NCBI GenBank assembly: GCA_951406725.2
Contig: OX597826.1
Coordinates: 28,954,001 to 29,018,000, forward strand
Direction of reading: 5' to 3'
Source: Octopus vulgaris
Lineage: Eukaryota
Length of the DNA stretch: 64,000 bases
In this document: piece by piece, positions 53,964 to 64,000 of the stretch
How positions within the stretch are numbered: the stretch's first letter is position 1
How the letters are laid out: every line of letters begins with the position of its first letter
Notes under the pieces: generated by a model
The model's database searches: none
What the model was told of the DNA's origin: nothing
The model's input: only the letters and a program-made list of their open reading frames with translations
Program-made: the position numbers and the translations under genes

Positions 53964-55737
53964 TTAGATGAGGAGGGGGGAGAGTTGAGACCAAATGGCG
54001 TATAAGAGCGAAGAGAGATTAATTCCTGTTCACAGCGCAAACGGGAATCCGGATGGCCTCTGTGTAAGGACAAACCGAACACAGATAGGTGTTGCAAGGA
54101 GTGACCGGTGGAGCGGAAATGGCGTGAGACCGGTGTGTCGTTCGCAAGGTGGATGTCACGAAGGTGTTCCGCGAACCGGTCAGCCAAGCGGCGTCCCGTT
54201 TGTCCGATGTACAAGGAATGGCAGAGAGAGCAAGAGACGCAATAGATAATATTGCTGGAGGTGCAGGTGAAGGAGTGGATGATGGGATAGGGTCGATGGT
54301 GGGTGCTAGTGAGGAGGGTGGTGTTGGAGAGGTAAGGGCAAGTGCGGCAACGTGGGCGGGAGCAGGGGAACGAGCCGGGTTGGGAGGTAGGGTCAGGGAA
54401 GGAGCTATGGACCAAAAGGTCTCGAAGGTTGTGGGCTCGTTTGAAAGAGGGGAGGGGTCGGTTAGGGAAGAGGTGTGAAGTGGACGGGTCGGACTGGAGA
54501 TGACGGAAAGCTCGAAGAATGGTGCGTTGGAGAGGTAGGGTCGTGGGGTGGTAAGTGAGGGGAAAAGGGAGGCGGGAGACTACAGGGCGGGTTCGGGGAG
54601 AGAGAGCAGATACACGGTCCACGGACCGTGCTCTGGCAAGGGCGGTGTGGATAGTGGTGAGGGGGTATCCACGTAGGGTGAAGTGGTGAGCCATACGTTG
54701 AAACTGAGTCTCAAAGTCATGGTCGTCACTACAGAGCCTACGTAGACGGAGGAATTGGGAATAGGGGATGGAAAGCTTGGTGTGTTCTGGGTGGGAGGAA
54801 GAGAAGTTGAGGTATGAGTGTGAGTCTGTGTGTTTGTAGTGAATGGAGGTGGTAAGAGTGGAGTGAAGAATGCTAACCGAAATGTCGAGGAAGGAGACAG
54901 AGGTGTTGGAGATAGTGGAAGTGAAGTGGAGGGCTGGATGGAAAGATTGGACGAAAGAGAGGAAGGAATCTAGATGTTCACGGGAGAGTGAGGTGGCACC
55001 GATAATGTCGTCAATGTAACGACCATATAGTTCAGGAGTGGGACCAGTGAAATTAGAGAATATTTGGGCCTCAACATAGCCAACGAACAGGTTCGCATAG
55101 TTGGGGCCCATTCGCGTTCCCATGGCCACTCCCGAGACCTGATGGTAGAACTCGCCCGCGAACGAGAAGCAGTTCAGAGTAAGGACAAGTTCGGCCAGAC
55201 GAATGAGTGTGGAGGTGTCAGGTACAGGGTTGGAGCGGAGGTCAAGAAAGTGTCGAAGGGCCTGCAGTCCTTCGTGGTGAGGGATAACAGTATAGAGGCT
55301 TTGGATGTCCATAGTAAAAAGGATTTTGGAGGAGCCGGGAGGAAAGGAGAAAGAGTTGAAAAGCCGGAGAGCATGGTTGGTATCGTGGATGTGGGAGGGA
55401 AGAGATGCCACTAGGGGGGCAAGGACACGGTCGAGGTATTTAGAGATGAGCTCCGTGGGGCAGTTACAGGCGGTGACGATGGGGCGGCCAGGGTTGTTGG
55501 GTTTGTGGATTTTGGGGAGGAAGTAAATGGTGGGGGTACGTGGGGTTCGCACAATTAGGTTGGATGCGGTGTGGGGGAGACGGGAGGACGAGATGAGGTC
55601 GTGGACAGTAGAGGATACCGTCTGTTGGTAGCTACGTGTGGGATTAGAGGGCAGAGGGGAGTAGAAGGAGGTGTCATTGAGTTGGCGGAAAGCCTCGGCT
55701 CTATAGAGGTCCGCGCGCCACACCACTACAGCTCCAG
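53964..55737 (-). CDS. Penelope-like reverse transcriptase + GIY-YIG endonuclease (N-terminally truncated at the GAVVVW motif)
   Basis: Track ORF 53585..55750 (721 aa). Homology starts at GAVVVW and ends at GLNSPP. A TAA at 53964-53966 lies one base out of frame after a C-run and is probably the native stop; the ORF's low-complexity C-terminus is read-through. Confidence 0.88.
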
Positions 55738-55890
55738 TACATAGATGCATATATATACATGTGTGTATGTATGTATGTATTATCTATATATGTGTGTGTG
55801 TGTGTGTACATACGCATGTATGTGTATGTACGTATGTATATATATGTGTACGCATGTATGTATATATGTATATATACATAGATAGATTGG

Positions 55891-55942
<52 letters not shown>

Positions 55943-56077
55943 CAGATAGATAGATAGGCAGGTAGGTAGGTAGGTAGGTAGGTAGGTAGGTAGATAGGTA
56001 GATAGGTAGGTAGGTAGGTAGGTAGGTAGATCGATAGGTAGATAGAGAGATAGATACACGGTTATGTTGTATGTGTG

Positions 56078-56112
<35 letters not shown>

Positions 56113-56975
56113 ATATACCTATAAGTTTGCAAGCACACATATACATGCATGCATGTACACATGTATACACACCGATTCATACCTACGCAGATTTGGTCGA
56201 AATAATGTCCGCCGGCACCGACCCAACCCCGTCCTCATAAAATGCGAAACCGTGGGAACTGAACGCTTACCCACCATATCATTTGGCGTGTGTGTTAGGC
56301 CGCAAGGACGTGAGTGTGTGCATGTGTATGCGTGTGCGTGGGGTGAGATATACAGGGATTTAAACACGCAATCTGTAGGCATGTTTGCGAGTGTGAGTGT
56401 GTATGTTTATATAGGTGTTTAAATAGATATATGTGTTTATGTGCGTATGAGCGTATATGTATTTCTATGAGCGGATATATCAGTGTGTCTGTAAATATGT
56501 GTGTGTGCATGTGTGTGTGTCTTTGCAGAAATGTATATGTGTGTATGTGTAGATAAATGTAGCTTTAAAAGCGTGTGTGTGTGTGTGTGTGTTTCTCTGT
56601 GTGTGTTTCTCTGTGTGTGTTTCTGTGTGTGTGTGTGTTTCTCTGTGTGTGTGTGTGTGTTTCTGTGTGTGTGTGTGTTTTTTAATATGTCTTTGCAGAA
56701 ACGTATATGTATGTATGTGTAGAAGCATGTGGCTTTAAAAGCGTGTGTATGTATGTGTATGAGTGTGAGTGTGTGGTGGACACGTGTGTGATTGTGTTCA
56801 AAAAACTGAAAAGTAAGAATACGGATAGAATTAGTATTATTATATAGAATTAGAATTAGTATTATTGTGATATAGGTGATGGTGATGATGATGATGATGA
56901 TGGTGGTGGCGGTGGTTGTGGTGGTGGTGGCGGTGGTTGTGGTGGTGGTGGTGGTGGTGGTGGTGGTTATGATGA

Positions 56976-57009
<34 letters not shown>

Positions 57010-57539
57010 GGTGGTGGTGGTGGTGGTGGTGGTGGTGGTGGCGGCGGTAGTGGTTGTGTGGTGGAGAGGGAGAGTGTGGTCCTAATGGTGACCCTGATTA
57101 AAGAGAATAACAAAATGCAGTTAGGGACAGGCACAACCGCCTGCGTGCTGGCAACAGGAATGGTTGCCGTTATGAAAACAAAATGGTATTTATAGTAGGT
57201 TGCAGGTTTAAAGTAGCGGAATTGGCGGCGGAGGTGGTGGTGGTGGTGGTGGTGGTTGTGGTGGTGGTGGTGGTGGTGGTGGTGGTGGTGGTGGTGGTGG
57301 TGATGGCGGAGGCGGCAGGGTAAGAGAAGTACAGTGTGTGTGAAAAAAATTTGTAAATATGCGACAAGCAGCGTGTAAAATATCGCTATATACAAACACA
57401 GACGTACGCACATACATACATATATGTATATACATACCTACATGCATACATACACACATACATAAACTATATGCATGAGAATACATACGTAAAACATACA
57501 AATCTGCACATGCATACATATATACATAGGTGCAAGCAC

Positions 57540-57678
57540 GCATATGGTAATAAACTTGCTTCTCAACCACATGGCTCTGGGTTCAGTCCTTCTGTGTGAC
57601 ACCTTGAGCAGGTGTCCTCTACTATAGCTCCGGGCCGAGCAAAGTGGATTTGATAGACGGAAACTGGAAGAAGCCTGT

Positions 57679-57739
<61 letters not shown>

Positions 57740-58732
57740 AAAATTGTTAAAGAGGACAACAAACGTTAAGGCAAGACAAACATCTCAAGCCATATACGTT
57801 ATATATCTGCTATATCGGAAATCTACAATGGTTCCTTAAATCCCGTCTCGGCTATGATCTTGGAGACCTGGTAATCCGTTACAGTACTTACCCACCGTAC
57901 TTAGATGCTTAGATTATTTGAGAACTAAACCCTCATATAATTTTCATGTACTGGCCACTGATAATTTTTTTTTAAATTTCATGTTTATATTAGAAGTAAA
58001 TTAATTCTCATTCACTTCGGGACTGGTTAACCACTTGTGTGCGTTTCTTGACCGACTACACCTGTGCCAAGGCTTGCTACGGAATTTCGATTTGGATATA
58101 TTTGGGGTACTTCAATGTATTCATGACTTTGCATCTGCTTTTTCGTGGATACGTCTGAGTATTTCATTTATTTTCATTTTATGTTCCTCGCTGATGAAGG
58201 AAAAATTCTTTTTGGATTAATCCAGAAATCGGAACCGATTCGGTGACAACTATATTTTTATGAATTACTGTTCGCTTGCTTTCCTCGTTTCAGCACATGG
58301 TATAATAATACAAGTGAAAATATTTTATGTGGTTAGACAATTTAGCATCTATTTTTCAGCATATTAGCAAATAATTTTTTTTTTCTTTTTGCCCTTATTT
58401 ATAATTGTATAATTTTCACCTTAAAAAGTATTTTTTCATATGCTGGCCACTGTTAAAATTTTTTAAAGAAATTTTATCCTTATATAAGAAGTATATGTGT
58501 GTGGGGGTGTTTTTGTGTGTCTGTATTATATTTGTCCTACTGCCATCTCTTGGCAACTGAATTTGGTGTGTTTACATCTCCGTAACATAGAGGTTCGACA
58601 AAAAAGACCGATAAGATCAGTATTAGGCTTATAAAGAATAAGTCCTGGGGTCGATTTGTTCGACTAAAGGCGGTGCTCCAGCATGGCCGCGGTCAAATGA
58701 CGGAAACAAATAAAAGTATAAAAAATAAAAGA
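57540..58732 (+). mobile_element. SINE family A split by an insertion: 5' part 57540-57682, 3' part 58530-58732
   Basis: Both halves are in the same orientation, separated by (TA)n and about 760 bp of PLE-like sequence. Confidence 0.7.
57945..58495 (+). mobile_element. PLE-like pLTR unit with partial direct terminal repeat and hammerhead-like motif at 58186-58246
   Basis: CTGATGA-A-GGA...TCC-A-GAAA-TCGG aa CCGA-TT-C; CTGGCCACTG..AATTTTTT..AGAAGTA repeated at about 57950 and 58443. Confidence 0.5.
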
Positions 58733-58837
58733 ATATATATATATATATATATATATATAACCCTCCTTGTTTACATCTGCCTTTCAACCGAGGCTTCTCT
58801 CCTCCATATTTTAAAAAGGTATTAGGCCAACTGGTGT

Positions 58838-58900
58838 TGGGGTCTGACGATACGCCATAAGGTTAAACCCTTTATGGACGTGAAACCGACGGTTGCCCCA
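58838..58900 (+). ncRNA. Type I hammerhead ribozyme with canonical core and long stem II
   Basis: TGGGGT-CTGACGA-T-ACGCCATAAGG ttaaac CCTTTATGGACGT-GAAA-CCGACGG-TT-GCCCCA: 6-bp stem I, about 11-bp stem II, GUU triplet. Confidence 0.78.
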
Positions 58901-58955
58901 TAAACCGGTCTTCACCAGGAAAAAAAAATATATATATATGTATATATATACTTTG

Positions 58956-60010
58956 GGATCTAGTCGGTTTGGCTGCCCAGCATCAATTCTGTTCGAATTG
59001 ATTTCATATCCAGTCAAATGATACATTTTTTATTGGCTAGTGAATGAAGTGAAAAGCATTTTCGCTATAAATCAATAAATAAAGAGTTATTCGCAATTAA
59101 AGTTTGAAATTTTGGGTAATTTCAGTCAATGGTAAGCCACAGACACATTCATGCCTGTTTCCATAGTAACAAGCGGAACATGAGAACTCTTTTGTCTACA
59201 AGAAAGCACGTATTGAGAAATATGTTGAAACCACTTGTTTTTCCTATCTGTTTACAATTGGGCATGTGGATTTATGTAGCGCAGGAGATAGGAAAATTGT
59301 GATTTGTTTGAGAAATTGATTGAATGTATTTTTAACTTTCGCTTTGAATTAACTGGTCAAATTTTAGAATTAACATAAACATTTATTTACATGAAAGAAA
59401 ATTACCGAAGAACTTTCGTCTAATTCTTCCAAATCGTTCTGTTGAAACTGTATTGAAATCATGTGGAAAACTGTAACGTGTTTACCGCATGTAACGTGTT
59501 GTTCATCGCATTCGCATTAAATGCATATTGAATGCTTAAAACTACTTGCTTACTCGTTTCTTTTATCTGTGAGGTGTGCTAAAAATAACAGCTAAATAAC
59601 GTTTTTTGGGATGAATCTTTTAAGTTCGTGCTATCGCATTAATTGCATATTGAATGCTTCAAACTACAAAACACGTATTGTTTACAAATATTGGTAACAC
59701 GTGCTATATTCAGGATGTTGACGACAAAATGTGCAGTCACGCACAAAATGATAGCTTCCAAATCCTGTATCCTGACTGGATGAAAATGATCAAACTTTAA
59801 ACCTTTGTAACTTTTTAAAAACATTTTTCTGTAAAAAGTGAAATAATGGCGGTGCCCCAGCATGGCCACAGCTCATAAGCTGAAACTAGAATCAATCAAT
59901 CAAAAAACTCTAGCAATTCAGCTTAGAAAAATATGTATTCTGGTGCCAAATTTTAAAATTTTCAATAAGCTTTAATTTTTTAAATGCTAGCAGCCAAACC
60001 AACTGGATCC
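58956..60010. mobile_element. ~1.05-kb non-autonomous DNA transposon-like element
   Basis: Imperfect TIRs GGATCTAGTCGGTTTGGCTGCCCAGCAT / ATGCTAGCAGCCAAACCAACTGGATCC. Confidence 0.55.
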
Positions 60011-60041
60011 ATACATAGTTTATTATAAAAGAATGATCGCA

Positions 60042-60081
60042 ACTGACCGACGAACGGGAACGGGAAACTCAGAGTAGCAGT
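60042..60081 (+). ncRNA. Degenerate hammerhead-like motif heading a ~160-bp unit that ends at (TA)n
   Basis: ACTGA-CCGACGA-ACGGGAACGG-GAAA-CTCAGAG-TA-GCAGT. Confidence 0.5.
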
Positions 60082-60197
60082 CTTTTGTGATATTTTTGTG
60101 ATGTTTTTGCAGCTTTAATAATAACGGATATTACTCTTCCTCCGGGATTCGAGTACAATTTTTTTCCACTTTGTTTCATATTTATGCGCTTACTCGG

Positions 60198-60241
<44 letters not shown>

Positions 60242-60343
60242 GTAGTAGTAACAGAAAAGAGGAATTTCGGTTGTCCCCACGTTGTGGGTTGTAATGTATA
60301 TAAGAAATTAAAAAAGGAAAATACGCACACTTACATGGTTTTA

Positions 60344-60382
60344 ATATATCGACCGGTTTCGCTATCGCTATTCATGATATAA
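60344..60382 (-). ncRNA. Degenerate hammerhead-like motif
   Basis: Minus strand ATATC-ATGAATA-GC gata GC-GAAA-CCGG-TC-GATAT; palindromic ACCGGT stem III, two core substitutions. Confidence 0.5.
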
Positions 60383-60949
60383 TGTTTAATTTATATGAAT
60401 ATATATTTTTATATATATGTATATATATATCTTGTTTCGAATTTGTGTGAATGTGTATAGAATTATATATCAGCTGAATAAAATTGTTTTCACGTTTTTT
60501 ATTATGATATTCTAACATTAAAAAAATATATATTTATATTTTTCAATGTTCATAAAGTTAAATTGGAAGATTGGAAGAAAGATAGAAGAAAAATGATTTA
60601 TTAAAATGGTCAAACCTGTTCTGAACGGAAATAACAGCAAGAATATGACAACCAGTTAATGATGTGGATTAAAGAATATCTCTAGCATATAAATATAAAC
60701 AAATTACAGGATATCGGTACACCTGGCAAACAGTGATGTTTAAGCTGCATGCGGATTGGTCAAAACCGTATTCTAAAAATTCAGCTTGTTGGAGCGTCCT
60801 AAGAGATATTAACGTTGTCAAGAACTCAACTGTCAGTTAAACACATTTGAAAAATCTTATGATTAAACTATGTATGAAAGGCTAATTTAACTGTAAGAGC
60901 ATTAAAAAATATTTTTTTTCATGTTAAAATACCATATATATTGTGGAGG

Positions 60950-62150
60950 GTGGGTTGCATACACATTGAATGATTTTAAAGTCAGTATTTATTGAAATAC
61001 GTTTTATTTTCAAAATTTGATAGAATCTATAGACAGGATTTAGTATTTTTATGAACACCAGTTTTCAAAATGATCCCCGTTCTGAACCAGACCCTCCAGT
61101 TAACGCAAAACAATGGAATCGTGAACGTCAAGAAACATTTCGTTCGGTATTCGTTTGCATTCTCTTTCAATGGCTGCCTTCATTTCGTCGACGGTAGCCC
61201 GTTTTATAATGTAAACCTTCTCTTCTAAGTATCCCCATACAATTCTAATGATTTGAGGTCCAGTGATAGTGGAGGGTATTCTACTGAAACTCATCGTCCA
61301 ATCCACCTGCTTGGGAAAATCTCATCAATGTAGGCCTTTGTAGTGTTGGGTGCCCTACATCTTCGGAAATAAAACTTCACATCTCAAAGTCCTCTTGAAC
61401 GGTTGCTATGACAGATTGTCGCAGCAAGTCCAAGTAAATGGAACCAGTCAGAGTAACATAAAAGAAAAAAAGAATGATCCTATTAATCCTTTTGATGATA
61501 AACAGCATCTTACCGTAACTCCTGCTACATTAATACGATGTTCTTCCGTAATATGCGAATTCTCAGGTCCCTTTTAGGGGCAAATGTGACGGTTCATCAA
61601 GCCATTTAATTTAAATGTATCCTCACCACACAAAACAATCTATATTGCAAAGTGTGCATCTTCTACACATCTTGCCAAATACCACTCACAAAATTCCACT
61701 ATTCGGTCCGAATCACCTTCATTGAGAACATGGACTATTCTTGCAGTGTAACATTTCCAATGACATAACTTCTAAATGCGATGAATGCTTGATTTTGAAA
61801 TTTTCTATCACACAACTTGAGAGCCACATAGATTTTTTTTTTGAAGCCGGCAATAAGTTTCTAGTACATTTTCTTGCTTTGTTAGGACGTCTCGATGTCC
61901 GCAATCTTCCGGAACATTTCTTGCAGACATTCTAAACAGTTCTATCAACTCCAAGCTTGTCGAAAAGTTTCAAGTATTGACGAGTTACGCGAGGGTCAAT
62001 CAGTTTTAAATTTCCTTCCAAACTGCTTTTGTATTCAATTGCTTTTCGACTGCGCTTTCAAACTTCCAGACGCACTTTAAGAGAAATTTCCTTTATTTCA
62101 AAGATTATTCTGGCTTTCGTCATTACTTCTGAGGTGTTAAATCTAAAGAG
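60950..62150 (-). mobile_element. Degenerate Tc1/mariner transposase (DD41D/rosa-like)
   Basis: Minus-strand pieces [55 protein letters not shown]. Confidence 0.75.
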
Positions 62151-62267
62151 AAATTTAAATTCATTGCGTTATCAGCTGTTAAAAGAAATGTGCCTGCGTG
62201 TACACGCGCGCGCGAAAGCAAGTGCAGGAAAACTACGGGAAACCATGGTGTTGACATATATATATAT

Positions 62268-62342
<75 letters not shown>

Positions 62343-62859
62343 CATACATACATACATATATATATGTATGTATGTATGTATCAACGCTGGCCACGGATAT
62401 ATACAGTCGATGTACGTATTTACTTGTGTTGAAAAGACGTCTGTAAACAAATTTTAAAGAAAGTAAATTACGTTGTGGCGCTCATTCACCACAACGTTCA
62501 CCCCCCCCCCCCCCATCCTTGGAGTGCTATGAATATACAAGTCTATTAAGTTATATACCAGATAATGTTTGCACTAAGTAAATTATATGAATAATATATT
62601 CTACTAGTATTACATTATATAGAGAGAGATGGATGGAAGACAGTCCTAAGGAAATCTTGATTCAGCAGAGGAATGATCAAAGATGTACCAGCAATTTTAG
62701 TCAGGATAGGAAGGTCACATGACGCATTACAGGGCTTCTGAGAGAAGGTACCTTCAAGCTGAAAAGTTGGCCTGAATGCCTACAACATAGTCATCTCCAC
62801 AAAAAATAGCCAAGGTGTCGAGTGGTGGTGTTAGACCGGGTGGCAGGTTACATCTACCA

Positions 62860-63560
62860 ACCAAGTAGATTCTGGCAGGATTTGAACTCAGAACGCAAAA
62901 AAATCAGACCAAAATACCGAAAGGCATCTGATCCGACTCGGCGCTCTTACTGTTTTTCCTATCTACCATCTGACACTGGGGTTTGTTTTTATCGACCCTG
63001 AAGGAATGAAAGGCAAATTTGCCAACGGTGTGTTTCGAACTCAAAAAGCAAAGAGACGGGAAAAACGCTACAAGACAAAAAAGTTGAACTCTGCGGGATT
63101 TGAACTCAGAGACGAAACAAATACTGCAAGACTTCCAGTCCGATGTTCATACAATTCCGCCAGCTCATTGCCTTAATTCGTTTATCGACCTCAAAAAGAA
63201 TGAACAACAAAAAAACCGGAGCAAATACTATGAAGCATCCAGTCTGACGCTCTAACGACTCTGTCAACTCGCCGCCATATGCTCTGTATAATCCAGTCAA
63301 AAATTAAGCTATCACTGTGCTGGATAGCTTAATTTGCCTCTTTATGCTTATGATGGTGTATTATTAATTAGGCGAACTGGCAGAATCGTTAGCGCATCGG
63401 ACAAAATACTAACCTGCATTTCTCCCGGCTCTTTACGGCCTGAGTTCAATTCTCACCGAAGTCAACTTTGGCTTTCATTCTTTCGGGTTCGATTAAATAA
63501 CCATCAGTTGAGGACGAGATCGATGTAATCCTCTGGCCCCCGCCACCAATTTTAAGGCCA
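62860..63560. mobile_element. Cluster of old SINE family B fragments (minus to ~63280, plus 63370-63560)
   Basis: Repeated GATTTGAACTCAG and TATCGACCC..GAATGAA motifs. Confidence 0.65.
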
Positions 63561-63594
63561 TGGACCTAATTATTATCATTAGTATTATCTTTAT

Positions 63595-63758
63595 AGGCAC
63601 AGGAGTGGCTGTGTGGTAAATAGCTTGCTTATCAACCACATGGTTCCGGGTTCAGTCCCACAGCGTGACACTTTGGGCAAGTGTCTTCTAGTATAGCCTC
63701 GGGCCGACCAAAGCCTTGTGGGTAGATTTGGTAGACGAAAACTGAAAGGAACCCGTCG
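63595..63758 (+). mobile_element. SINE family A, 5' part
   Basis: AGGCACAGGAGTGGCTGTGTGGTAAATAGC..TTTGGGCAAGTGTCTTCT. Confidence 0.82.
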
Positions 63759-63780
63759 GATATATGTATATATACATGTA

Positions 63781-63820
<40 letters not shown>

Positions 63821-63899
63821 CGCGCGCGTGTGTGTGTGTCTGTGTTTGTGTGCATGCGTTTGTGTGTCTGAAATTGCTGGCCCTGTGCCAAAATTTAAA

Positions 63900-63958
<59 letters not shown>

Positions 63959-64000
63959 CATCATCCTTATATTATTACCTTTGCACAGCTTCTAACGCTG

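Larger units (their letters stand above)
52887..55737 (-). mobile_element. Penelope-like retroelement (Neptune-like), 5'-truncated: RT + GIY-YIG ORF, pyrimidine tract, internal tandem repeats, terminal pLTR with hammerhead; 3' end abuts (TA)n
   Basis: ORF motifs PLE-type RT (IYFLPKIHK, GRPIV, TMDIQSLYTVIP, GVAMGTRMGPNYANLF, YGRYIDD, SFLD) followed by CxxxxCxxC linker and GIY-YIG (IIYCVSC..C..LYIGQTGRRLADRFAEH, GLN); the 3' region matches 4463-5325; the clade call is from the Cys-rich linker pattern only. Confidence 0.93.

Overview
Eukaryotic, AT-rich, extremely microsatellite-dense genomic DNA with no recognisable host protein-coding exon. The repeat families (tRNA/CORE SINEs with an internal microsatellite, Deu/Nin-domain SINEs) point to a coleoid cephalopod, probably Octopus; this is inference. 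Almost all ORFs in the track are microsatellite artefacts. The real coding remnants are all transposon-derived: a 5'-truncated Penelope-like element (RT + GIY-YIG, 52887-55737, minus) with a near-identical 3'-end copy in inverted orientation at 4463-5325; a second, unrelated Penelope-like GIY-YIG fragment with inverted terminal repeats (13449-15058); a full-length dead mariner (22491-23767); R4/Dong-like and HERO-like RLE non-LTR remnants; and RTE, pogo/Tigger and DD41D-type fragments. The main unlisted signal, found by eye, is about 18 minimal type I hammerhead ribozyme motifs from roughly ten unrelated sequence families. Most lie in short units that end at a (TA)n tract and are often folded back into palindromes, including one with a hammerhead on each strand (15791-16027). 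A non-canonical CUGUUGA core recurs in two unrelated families. Different retroelement families also appear to occupy different microsatellites: (TA)n, (TAA)n, (CATA)n and (GATA)n. All folds and family assignments are by eye, and many boundaries are approximate.
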